A stretch of 64,000 nucleotides of DNA from a virus. The notes under the pieces are model-generated. The model worked only from the letters and a program-made list of their open reading frames with translations. It searched no databases and was not told the DNA's origin. The stretch lies in the IMG/VR virus record IMGVR_UViG_3300045988_180190. One strand, 5' to 3'. Both the position numbers and the translations under genes were made by a program. Of the stretch, positions 28,923-37,313 are shown in pieces; the stretch's first letter is position 1, and the number at the start of each line of letters is the position of its first letter.

Positions 28923-29387
28923 TTAAATAACGTCTAAACTACCTGCCACAAACTCTGCACTCTGTGTAATATACAGCTGACCCGCTTGCATACTGAAGGA
29001 GAGAGATTGTAATATTGCACCAGTGAACTTGGCCGTTGCACGACTAATTATTTTTGGGTCGCACTCAAGTTCAGAACCTAAATTTACATTAATAGAACGT
29101 AATTCACCGCAGGCGGCTCCGGCTGCTATGTTAGCAAACGGTGCAAAGAATCCCTCCTTGCTAACTAAAGCTGTACAATTAAAGCCAGCTTGAGGATTAC
29201 CCATTACCAAATAAACCGCCGATGAACCTATTTCATACATAGGTGTAACTTGGTGAGCAGTATTCCCTTGAAAACTTTGCACCATTGCAATATGTCCCTG
29301 ACCAAGGTCTACAGCAGCATTTCTAGCTGCAATTACCTCACCAGTTTTAACGTTCGTGTTATATCCTAAAACATTTGTTACTGCCAT
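28923..29387 (-). CDS. tail tube protein candidate
   Basis: 154 aa, directly downstream of the 508-aa gene. Strong SD (aaggag). Followed by a terminator. Size and position fit a tube protein. Confidence 0.5.
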   Translation of the reverse strand: MAVTNVLGYNTNVKTGEVIAARNAAVDLGQGHIAMVQSFQGNTAHQVTPMYEIGSSAVYLVMGNPQAGFNCTALVSKEGFFAPFANIAAGAACGELRSINVNLGSELECDPKIISRATAKFTGAILQSLSFSMQAGQLYITQSAEFVAGSLDVI

Positions 29388-29403
29388 TATAAAATCTCCT
29401 TAA

Positions 29404-30930
29404 TTAAAGTCCGAGATATGTGTTAAGAGATATCTTTAGCACATTCAATGAAATTGCAACATAGTAATCTCCAGATAGGTTAATTCTATCCGCAAATTGA
29501 GTATCCCTCACAGCTTTAATAGATTCTAAATCTACATCTACTAACATTGGACCTATTTTGCGTTCTTCTATTGATGATCCCTCCTGGGTTTGCTCCAATA
29601 AGTAATCACCTAACCTATTTTCTAACTCTTGTAGCAGACTTCTAGTAACATTGCGTCTCCCGGGATACTCTTTAAATAAATCTTTAACGCCGTAGTTAAT
29701 ATTGTATACAATGTCACGTATATTGTCTTCGTAATAAAGCACTCCATGAGAAGAGTCTGTAGTTAGCTGATGTCTTACGTAAGGAACTGTGTGATCATCA
29801 TCTTGAGCAATTATCCATACGCCATTTGCAGCCACGTCATTAAGCTGATTGTCTGTCCAAGAGGCGTATGCAGCAGGTACTGAGGATATCCAGGAAAGTT
29901 CCATTCTTGACATTCCTTGTTGAGGTAGAAGATTAGAGCGCATACAAGCTATACCTGCAGCTATATACTTATTTGCAAGTTCTACTTCTTTTGTGCTTCC
30001 ATCTTCTGCGCTCATTAGGTAATATGCTCCTGGGGACCAAACATTTACCACGCCATTATATGCCCAAGTATTACTACGCTTTTTTGCATCTTCTCCAGAG
30101 TCATCTGTTTTAGCCGTAGAAGCATAGAGCCCTCTCCATCTTTGGATATCCGGCTGTGAAGCTTCCAGTACATATGACTTCGCGGTATTTAACACGGAAA
30201 GCGTATCGGTATCACACCACAAATTCATAAATAAATCCGTTCGTGATAATTTCTTAAAGGAAGCTGTATAAGCTGCAAGTTCTAACTGTGCTTGTTCATC
30301 ACTTTGGCTTGTAAAAGAACTGTCAATAGCATCTACGTAGAAACCTTTCCCTTCTCCTGCCACATATCCTATAGAAGCTGCAAACGCTAAACTATTAAAA
30401 TTACTATCGGATGGATCTGTGTCAACAAGTCCTAGATATGTTGTGATATCAGAAGTCGAAGTAATTGGCTGTATAGAAATTGGATTACTTGGATCATTAA
30501 AGTTTACATTAAAAGCTTCTTTTGGAACATTAATATAAACGTCTTGGCGAGTTTCCTCTTCTCCAAGTTTATTTATAGTTAGTCTTATAATTTTATCTGC
30601 TCCTTTAGACGCTGTAATCCAATTCTGCACAACTGGCGTACCAGTTGCATCAACGAATGCTAATTTACTTTCAGTAACAAACTGTTGTAGGAAATCTGAT
30701 ACTGGTGTGAAATTTGACAACGGTAATATAATAGATTCCTCTTCCCCGATGTCTGCTACCGTCAGCATTGTCACGGGAGACATCTGTGAAAAGAAATTCT
30801 TTGTAGTAAACGAAGGCTTACACACTCCCACAAGACAGGCTGCATTGCGGTCTGTAGTACCATCTGATACGACCTCTCTGTTGTTATAAATCAACATTTG
30901 AGGTTTATGTTCTGAATAATTGCTAATCAT
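29404..30930 (-). CDS. tail sheath protein candidate
   Basis: 508 aa, immediately upstream of the tube-sized gene. Assignment by gene order and size only. Confidence 0.4.
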   Translation of the reverse strand: MISNYSEHKPQMLIYNNREVVSDGTTDRNAACLVGVCKPSFTTKNFFSQMSPVTMLTVADIGEEESIILPLSNFTPVSDFLQQFVTESKLAFVDATGTPVVQNWITASKGADKIIRLTINKLGEEETRQDVYINVPKEAFNVNFNDPSNPISIQPITSTSDITTYLGLVDTDPSDSNFNSLAFAASIGYVAGEGKGFYVDAIDSSFTSQSDEQAQLELAAYTASFKKLSRTDLFMNLWCDTDTLSVLNTAKSYVLEASQPDIQRWRGLYASTAKTDDSGEDAKKRSNTWAYNGVVNVWSPGAYYLMSAEDGSTKEVELANKYIAAGIACMRSNLLPQQGMSRMELSWISSVPAAYASWTDNQLNDVAANGVWIIAQDDDHTVPYVRHQLTTDSSHGVLYYEDNIRDIVYNINYGVKDLFKEYPGRRNVTRSLLQELENRLGDYLLEQTQEGSSIEERKIGPMLVDVDLESIKAVRDTQFADRINLSGDYYVAISLNVLKISLNTYLGL

Positions 30931-31004
30931 AAATCAAAATAAACGTTTATTTTAAAGAATATAATTATATTCAAACTTTTTTTACAAAAAATGCAATACA
31001 TAAA

Positions 31005-31715
31005 TCAATGAGGCATAAGCTCAATAGCAAGTTTCCTAAGCCTTGCAGATTCAATTCTTGTTCTCCAAGCTGCCTCCCAATTTATTTGAATAATAAAATC
31101 TGATCTAAATAGCTTTTTATTTTCAGTTGGATTAATTGCTCTAGGAGTGGATATCTTCAATGGAGAATATTTTTTTAATCTTAGCAGGTAGCACAACTGT
31201 TCCGTTAAACCTGTAAAATGTGCGGCACATAACTGTGACATCATGGCACAATCTCCTAGGGTTTGCGCATAAGAAGAAAATGTGATTGTAGTGGATGCAT
31301 TTAACCCCATCATAAACCCAGAATTATCTTCCAGCATTCTAGTCTTATTAGCTATAGTACCTATATCAGACAAGCTAATATCTCCAACAGAAATAATAAT
31401 CTTTGGATTTTGTGTACTTCCCAAATATTCTAATTTAGCTGCGTCATCTAAATAATTATAATCAGCTGTTATGTCGATAATTGATTTATTTTTACCCTCT
31501 GGGTCTAAAATATAATCACTATAGGTATAATCAAATTTGTGAGCAGTATCTTCTAAGTATGTTTTAAAATTTTCTTTGTCCGAAAAAAATATTTTAGTAA
31601 TCATTAAGAAGATACGTCTTAAATTTAAAATATCCAAATTAGGAAAACAACCTAATTCATTATTTAATAATTCAAGCTCAAATGCTGATGTTGTTTTATC
31701 TTTTGGAGTTCCCAT
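31005..31715 (-). CDS. hypothetical protein (first gene downstream of the IS element)
   Basis: 236 aa counted from the ATG at 31715 (MGTPKDKTT). The ORF-track GTG start at 31739 would run into the IS left-end hairpin. Confidence 0.55.
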   Translation of the reverse strand: MGTPKDKTTSAFELELLNNELGCFPNLDILNLRRIFLMITKIFFSDKENFKTYLEDTAHKFDYTYSDYILDPEGKNKSIIDITADYNYLDDAAKLEYLGSTQNPKIIISVGDISLSDIGTIANKTRMLEDNSGFMMGLNASTTITFSSYAQTLGDCAMMSQLCAAHFTGLTEQLCYLLRLKKYSPLKISTPRAINPTENKKLFRSDFIIQINWEAAWRTRIESARLRKLAIELMPH

Positions 31716-31734
31716 AATTACCTTTCTCCGAAAG

Positions 31735-31755
31735 CCCACAAGCTTTAGCTGTGGG
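31735..31755 (+). repeat. IS left-end subterminal hairpin
   Basis: cccaca-agctttagc-tgtggg. Preceded by TTAC at 31718-31721. Confidence 0.6.
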
Positions 31756-32197
31756 ATGATTTTTGATTAAAATATTTTGATTCATTTTTTTGCTGCTCAA
31801 TATAAGTTTTTATTGTAGCTTCTCTTAAACACCCGACTGTATCTACATAATATGATCTAGACCAAAGTGTTGGAAGCTTACGTTTTAATTCTGGAAATTC
31901 TGATCTTAAAAATCTTGAGGTGTATCCTTTTATTTGACCGATTATAAATTGTGGTGCAGACGATGGCTCAGCAGATATAAAGAGATGTACATGATCTGGC
32001 ATTATTTCTAATGCTTTAATTGTCCAATTCATGGCTTCACATTTTTCTTCAATTAATATTTGCAATCTCGTAGAGATTTTATCCGTCAACACAGGTCTTC
32101 TAAATTTGGGAGACCATATGAAGTGATAGCTACAATTGAAAACAGCTGTGTTTGAAGTTTTCCATCTAATTTTTGAAATTTTATTATTGACACTCAT
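31745..32197 (-). CDS. tnpA: IS200/IS605 Y1 (HUH) transposase TnpA
   Basis: 150 aa. HUH motif PDHVHLFIS. Catalytic-Tyr region LWSRSYYVDTVG. N-terminal YHFIWSPKFRRPVL, typical of the family. Confidence 0.85.
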   Translation of the reverse strand: MSVNNKISKIRWKTSNTAVFNCSYHFIWSPKFRRPVLTDKISTRLQILIEEKCEAMNWTIKALEIMPDHVHLFISAEPSSAPQFIIGQIKGYTSRFLRSEFPELKRKLPTLWSRSYYVDTVGCLREATIKTYIEQQKNESKYFNQKSSHS

Positions 32198-32232
32198 AGT
32201 ATTATTTTAATAACTTAATATATAAAATATAA

Positions 32233-33291
32233 ATGATAAAAACTTTTAAAGTCAAACATAATCGTGACTTGTCTGTAGAGCTCCGAAAAGCACTGCAAGT
32301 CTCAATATTTGCTTTAAAACACAAGTGTACATCTTCAGCCCAAGTTAAACAATTTGGATTAAAATCGATAATTTCTAACCAGATAATCAGAAAGATTATT
32401 CGTAATAAACGAATAAAGTCTATACATAATGCGAATCTTATCATACCTCAGCAAGGCATTACATACAAAAACAACATTGTTAGAATTCCCTGTTTGGACC
32501 TAAGTATAGACTTTTTTATTTCTGGCTTTTTAAAAATAAACCAAATCGAACTTAACTCTGAATATGCTTTTATTAGCTGTGATTTTCCGAGCGAACCTAC
32601 GAGAGATAGCACTAATTATATAGGTGTGGATTTGAATACAACTGGACATATGGCTGTTGCTGCAAACCCTCTAACAGGCAAAGTTTGGAAGTTAAATAAG
32701 AAATCTAGTTTCACTCGGTCTAAATATAGACAAATAAGAAAAAAATTGTCCAGACAAAAGAAATTTAAAGTTATTAAAAGATTAAAAAATCGTGAACAAC
32801 GTATTTGCAAAGACTTAGACCATAAAGTATCCACTTTTTTAGTCACGCTCGCTAAAACACAAAATTGTGGTTTGCGTTTAGAAAATTTAACTAATATTCG
32901 TAAAACATCAAAAAATAAATCTAAAGCATTTAAAGCTTCTTTGAACAATTGGTCATTCTATCAATTTAGAACGATGATAGATTATAAAGCCAAGTTGCTT
33001 GGAGTTAAAGTAGAATATATTGATCCGCGTTATACATCTCAAGCTGATAGTAGGACCGGACATATAGGAATACGCAATGCAAAGACATTCAAATCTGTTG
33101 ATACCTCAACAGTTGAGCATGCTGATGTTAATGCTGCTTTTAATATTGCATTAAATCAATTAAACATAGCTCAATTGCGTGCAGAAAGAGATGCACGCAA
33201 AAGCCATAAGGAAAATACTCCTTTAACTGACTTGGCTTTAAAGGCTCCTTCTAATAAAAGCAAGAAGACCTTAGAACCCAACGCGCTTTAG
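32233..33291 (+). CDS. tnpB: TnpB-like RuvC nuclease (OrfB_IS605 family), lacking zinc-finger cysteines
   Basis: 352 aa. RuvC-I YIGVDLN (D133). RuvC-II GLRLENL (E217). RuvC-III EHADVNAAFNIA (D298). The segment between YTSQ and HAD has no Cys. Confidence 0.8.
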   Translation: MIKTFKVKHNRDLSVELRKALQVSIFALKHKCTSSAQVKQFGLKSIISNQIIRKIIRNKRIKSIHNANLIIPQQGITYKNNIVRIPCLDLSIDFFISGFLKINQIELNSEYAFISCDFPSEPTRDSTNYIGVDLNTTGHMAVAANPLTGKVWKLNKKSSFTRSKYRQIRKKLSRQKKFKVIKRLKNREQRICKDLDHKVSTFLVTLAKTQNCGLRLENLTNIRKTSKNKSKAFKASLNNWSFYQFRTMIDYKAKLLGVKVEYIDPRYTSQADSRTGHIGIRNAKTFKSVDTSTVEHADVNAAFNIALNQLNIAQLRAERDARKSHKENTPLTDLALKAPSNKSKKTLEPNAL

Positions 33292-33300
33292 CCGTTGGAG
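33175..33300 (+). ncRNA. candidate omega-RNA (reRNA) scaffold overlapping the tnpB 3' end and the IS right end
   Basis: Three consecutive hairpins: ttgcgtgca/tgcacgcaa (33175-33200); aaagcca/tggcttt (33200-33239) enclosing aagga/tcctt; ccaacg/cgttgg (33278-33298). Confidence 0.4.
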
Positions 33301-33304
33301 TATG

Positions 33305-34240
33305 TCAGTGGTCTAAGCAAGGTTTAATATTGGATATATCAAATTTATATTCGGGCTGATTCCTAGGAACAAGTCTCATTATCCCATTAAACTTGTACGG
33401 AACCTTGCCCATAAAATAAAATTCTTCACTATATCCCTCAAACAAATAACGATCATCCGTAGTTTTGTTCACAATCAGGTCACCAACTATAAGCTTAGGA
33501 TAAGAAATACCTGTGATACTTACAATTACTGGATCAGTAGTTCCCTGTCCAGACTGGTCGTCGATATGCTCATGCTTTATACTGTTTATAACGAGTTTTG
33601 TTTTAATAGGGTTACTATACCCTCCCTCATAAAGCTTGCCCAAGGCTACTTCATCTGTAACAAATCCAAGCTGGTCTCCCCCGAGAATATCAATATTTAA
33701 AGATATGTCCTCTTCATTCGGATTTACAACCATACCTCTATTCCCCTTTGGTCTACATATATAAAAATCATTGTAGTCTGCGGACAATAAATCCGACTTA
33801 ATCATCTGCCTTAGTGTAGCGAATTGCTCGGCACTTAAGGTATTATATATACCAACAGAAGGAGAAGTATCTATCTCAGTATTTTTACGCCTATCAAATA
33901 AAGCACACTTATAATGCCATCTAAAAGTCTGGTTGCGATTTTTAAAATTTATGTCAACAGAGGTATGCGAAGAATTGATATTAACGACAGCACTATTTGC
34001 GTCTCTATTTAGATAAACTTCTTTGCCGGTGGAAATGTCAGTTATCATTCCTGTTTCTGGATCTACAGAAACCTCTGTTAGCTTAAACCAATCTGTATAT
34101 CCATCACGGGATTTGTAAACATTTATACCAAATCTAGTAAAATCATAGTATTCTGGACATAATGTCCATATGATACGGCAAATATTTTTACCGTAAGCTG
34201 GTAAAACTTGAATGGACTTAAATGCACATTTACAAGACAT
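33305..34240 (-). CDS. hypothetical protein (head-tail joining position)
   Basis: 311-aa ORF. Its stop abuts the IS right end. Confidence 0.6.
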   Translation of the reverse strand: MSCKCAFKSIQVLPAYGKNICRIIWTLCPEYYDFTRFGINVYKSRDGYTDWFKLTEVSVDPETGMITDISTGKEVYLNRDANSAVVNINSSHTSVDINFKNRNQTFRWHYKCALFDRRKNTEIDTSPSVGIYNTLSAEQFATLRQMIKSDLLSADYNDFYICRPKGNRGMVVNPNEEDISLNIDILGGDQLGFVTDEVALGKLYEGGYSNPIKTKLVINSIKHEHIDDQSGQGTTDPVIVSITGISYPKLIVGDLIVNKTTDDRYLFEGYSEEFYFMGKVPYKFNGIMRLVPRNQPEYKFDISNIKPCLDH

Positions 34241-34241
34241 A

Positions 34242-34745
34242 CTAACCTATAGCTCCCCAAGCCCTAGAAACATTAGCGGCACGCTTATAGTTTTTTACCA
34301 TCTCGATAAACTCTATCTTAAATTCATTAGCCGCGTTTTTTGAAAATTCTATTAACGGCTGATAAATATCAGTCTGTACGCCACCAGCACTTGACTTTAC
34401 ATATTTACGCTCTAAGAGTAATCTCTTGCTGAGCAATGCTTGCCAACAAGCTCCTACCTTAAACATATAAGAAGTACCCATTGTTCTATAGTCCACTCTA
34501 ATAGTTTGAGGAGGATATGCATTGAATGCTTCCACTGCTCTTCGCATAGCATCCATAAGTTCAAAGTCTGAAAACCAAAAGTCATCCGTCGTTAACACGG
34601 TCTCAGCAGGTTCTGCGTCGGCTAGCATTAGGCGTATGTCCTCAAGCTGAACTTCGTTAGTGGAAGTAATTGGAGGTGTAGTTAACCCATCGGATTTACT
34701 GCAAGGTGAGGAGCAGCAATTAGAATTGTTAGAAGGTGTAGACAT
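34242..34745 (-). CDS. hypothetical protein (head completion position)
   Basis: 167-aa ORF, the first gene after the MCP terminator. Confidence 0.6.
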   Translation of the reverse strand: MSTPSNNSNCCSSPCSKSDGLTTPPITSTNEVQLEDIRLMLADAEPAETVLTTDDFWFSDFELMDAMRRAVEAFNAYPPQTIRVDYRTMGTSYMFKVGACWQALLSKRLLLERKYVKSSAGGVQTDIYQPLIEFSKNAANEFKIEFIEMVKNYKRAANVSRAWGAIG

Positions 34746-34760
34746 GAAACAGATTATATT

Positions 34761-34789
34761 ATTATAGTTTTATATTGATTACATTCTAA
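34761..34789 (-). promoter_or_regulatory. possible sigma-70-type promoter (TTAGAA-N17-TATAAT)
   Basis: On the minus strand, TATAAT lies at 34766-34761 and TTAGAA at 34789-34784, with a 17-nt spacer, about 15 nt upstream of the ATG at 34745. An overlapping TTGACA lies at 34800-34795. Confidence 0.3.
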
Positions 34790-34794
34790 CGAAT

Positions 34795-34836
34795 TGTCAA
34801 AAATAAAATACGCCCAAGGGTATCCCTGGGCGTATT
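34795..34836 (-). terminator. rho-independent terminator after the MCP gene
   Basis: GC-rich hairpin atacgcccaaggg/ccctgggcgtat (34808-34835), followed on the minus strand by tttattttt. Confidence 0.7.
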
Positions 34837-34855
34837 ATTAAGAGTTGGAGTCTGA

Positions 34856-35887
34856 CTAGCCCCCAGCCTTTGTGCCCTCCGCGAGAGCAATCTGAGGCTT
34901 GATTTGTGGGTAAGCATTCATCGCAGCCTCTCCACCACGGAGAACAACCTTGGCAACGCCTGCGGTGTTAGCAATGAGCATACCTATAACTTCCTCAGCG
35001 CAGCAGGATATGCGATCCTTTTCACGCTTTACGTACATTACCGGCTTATAGAGCTCGGCGCATTTTCCGAGGTAATCTTCTTCCGTAAAGGCCATTATAA
35101 CATTATCTGGAACAATGTCGGTCTTGAAAGTGGATATCCACTTCATACCGTAAACATTTGTACCGTCAAATGCCTTTGCACCTTCTTGGAACACCTTGCT
35201 AGTTAGGTCAACACCAAATTGGAGGAAGTTGTTATACTTTCCGTTTGTAAGTTGGCTGAATGTGACCTTGTTGACAAGGTTTACGCCATGGTTAATGCTA
35301 TGCTTTGTGAAGATATTAACAATCTCGTTCATCACCACTGGTTCCATACCACCAGAGAAGGTATAGACACCGTTGTTCTGAGCAGCCACGCTATCAGCGA
35401 GGTTGTACCATACGAGGTCTTCTGTCTTAACCATGTTCTTTAGACCGGTATCCATTATTACCTTGCGGAGGTCGAATGGATAAGTATCAAGTGTAACACG
35501 ATTCTTTTGGAATTCTGGTGTCGCGATCTTGAAGAAGGTCATTGGAGCCTTGTCTGCTCTGTAGTACTGTGTATGTGTTCCTTGGTCAAAGGGAAGAACA
35601 GCTGCAGGATAGTTTGTGGGCTCAATGTAGAACATAGCTACTGGGTAGTCTGTGTTGAACATTGGGACAAGTCTTTTATCACCCGAACCATTAAAGGTTT
35701 CAAAATGACATATTTGGCGTGTCCATCCTTTTTCGAATACTTGTTTGCGGATAAATGAAGTACCTGCGGACGAAGCCATCTTGCAAATACCCTCTCCACA
35801 GCTACCTAATTCTTGAACAAGCCTGTCGTTAAGTGCTTCACCTGAAACACCATTTAAGCTTAAATCTATATCTTTATATTCGTCCAT
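34856..35887 (-). CDS. major capsid protein candidate
   Basis: 343 aa. Visibly more G+C-rich codon usage than neighbouring genes. Preceded by scaffold-like genes and followed by a strong terminator. Size fits an HK97-fold MCP. No motif-level proof. Confidence 0.55.
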   Translation of the reverse strand: MDEYKDIDLSLNGVSGEALNDRLVQELGSCGEGICKMASSAGTSFIRKQVFEKGWTRQICHFETFNGSGDKRLVPMFNTDYPVAMFYIEPTNYPAAVLPFDQGTHTQYYRADKAPMTFFKIATPEFQKNRVTLDTYPFDLRKVIMDTGLKNMVKTEDLVWYNLADSVAAQNNGVYTFSGGMEPVVMNEIVNIFTKHSINHGVNLVNKVTFSQLTNGKYNNFLQFGVDLTSKVFQEGAKAFDGTNVYGMKWISTFKTDIVPDNVIMAFTEEDYLGKCAELYKPVMYVKREKDRISCCAEEVIGMLIANTAGVAKVVLRGGEAAMNAYPQIKPQIALAEGTKAGG

Positions 35888-35924
35888 AAAATTTAAATCC
35901 TTATTTTAAGTTTACAGGCTAAGA

Positions 35925-36683
35925 CTATGCTACTTGATGATTCCAAGCAGTTTCAAACTGCAGCACAGTGCGTGTATCTGACGATTCTGTCCATACGACA
36001 GGACCACCAACTACAACGTCATAAGAGCTATCGACCTTACCCATACTGACATTAGCATCTCCTGACACATTTACAACACCTGCTGTAACGTAACCTATGA
36101 TGTCGTCTCCAGCTTCAGCAGGACACACGAGTACAGCGGTAATTGTTGGAGTCTGTGGATCTGGTGTAACAATGGTAGCATTTCTAGGACAGTTACCTAT
36201 AGGCAATGTCACGCTAGGTACCGATTTGGCAGTAAGGGGCATACCTGCAGTATATACTTTGGTTGCATCGTAGAAAGGAGTCTGAAGCTCGAATTTGTCA
36301 AGCGTAGATACCGCCATATTCTTGCCAGATCCATCCCATTCGTCGGAATCCTGGAAAGCGAAATACACAGGAGTTCCTGTGACGGGAGTTGTGGTCCAAC
36401 GCCATTCTGCATCTACTAATGTGCCTCCATTTGCAGGAGCAACTTTGCCTTCGTCAATAGTGTTGAGAGCGGGAGGTGTAGCACTATATGTGACTTGTAC
36501 AGGAGCACCGTCAACTGTTAATTTAGCACTCGAAGTCACCCAAAGAGGCTGCCCACTGTAATATGAAACACCCTCTGCATTAGGTAAAGCACGGGTAAGC
36601 TTGCTTACGTCTGTAAGACGGCTACCAGTGTTTACATTAAGTTTGCGTGTAGTACGCTTATAAAAGCCGATGTTACCAGCCAT
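35925..36683 (-). CDS. capsid decoration / auxiliary capsid protein candidate
   Basis: 252 aa, beta-rich and G+C-richer, immediately upstream of the MCP candidate. Confidence 0.35.
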   Translation of the reverse strand: MAGNIGFYKRTTRKLNVNTGSRLTDVSKLTRALPNAEGVSYYSGQPLWVTSSAKLTVDGAPVQVTYSATPPALNTIDEGKVAPANGGTLVDAEWRWTTTPVTGTPVYFAFQDSDEWDGSGKNMAVSTLDKFELQTPFYDATKVYTAGMPLTAKSVPSVTLPIGNCPRNATIVTPDPQTPTITAVLVCPAEAGDDIIGYVTAGVVNVSGDANVSMGKVDSSYDVVVGGPVVWTESSDTRTVLQFETAWNHQVA

Positions 36684-36706
36684 GTTATTTATTCCTTTTG
36701 TTAGTA

Positions 36707-37225
36707 TTAACTAAAATTTTGTCTTTCAAATTCCTCTAGTTCAGCAAGCACTGACTCAGGAATTTTAGCTTTATTAAAATTCGTGGAAGCGGTTTTTGTA
36801 GCAGGCACAAATGATCCACTCATTATATGGTCATTTGAAATTAATGTGTCTGTTACCTTATCCAATACAGTAAATGCAAGTTTTGGAGAATTTTTTAAAG
36901 CCTCTATATTGTATTCTATATCCGAAGAATCAATAAAATTTGACCTCGCTAGTTTTTTAACTATACCAGTAAGTAGATCCTCATCAACAGATATACTTGC
37001 TTGCTTTTCTAAGTTAGACATATTAGAAATCTCAGCCTTTAGCTGCATATTTTCTGCAACAGCTTTAGACAAAGCAGAAGAAGCATGCTTAACTGAAGAC
37101 TCTAATTCTGCAATCTTTGCCTTTTGCTCAGCAATAAATTGCATTGCTTCTTGTACCATTGATTGGCATTCAGTAGCAAATTTTTGTAACTCGGAATTAT
37201 TTATAGTTTGGATGTTTTTTTCCAT
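36707..37225 (-). CDS. scaffolding protein candidate
   Basis: 172 aa, coiled-coil-like (QKAKIAELESSVKHASSALSKAVAENMQLKAEISN), upstream of the capsid genes. Confidence 0.45.
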   Translation of the reverse strand: MEKNIQTINNSELQKFATECQSMVQEAMQFIAEQKAKIAELESSVKHASSALSKAVAENMQLKAEISNMSNLEKQASISVDEDLLTGIVKKLARSNFIDSSDIEYNIEALKNSPKLAFTVLDKVTDTLISNDHIMSGSFVPATKTASTNFNKAKIPESVLAELEEFERQNFS

Positions 37226-37265
37226 CGAATTTTAAATTATTAATTATAATAAGATAATTTTATAA

Positions 37266-37301
37266 TTATCCGCAAGATAAAAATAACATTCTTGCGGATA
37301 A
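37266..37301 (-). terminator. intergenic hairpin (possible bidirectional terminator)
   Basis: 11-bp stem ttatccgcaag/cttgcggataa. The T-run is strong on the plus side and weaker on the minus side. Confidence 0.4.
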
Positions 37302-37313
37302 TTTTTATTTTTT

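Larger units (their letters stand above)
31722..33305 (+). mobile_element. IS200/IS605-family insertion sequence (tnpA + tnpB); ends approximate
   Basis: Divergent Y1 transposase and TnpB genes, flanked by two similar subterminal hairpins sharing the loop GCTTTAGC (31735-31755 and 33278-33298). Fills the whole gap between two minus-strand phage genes. Confidence 0.75.
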
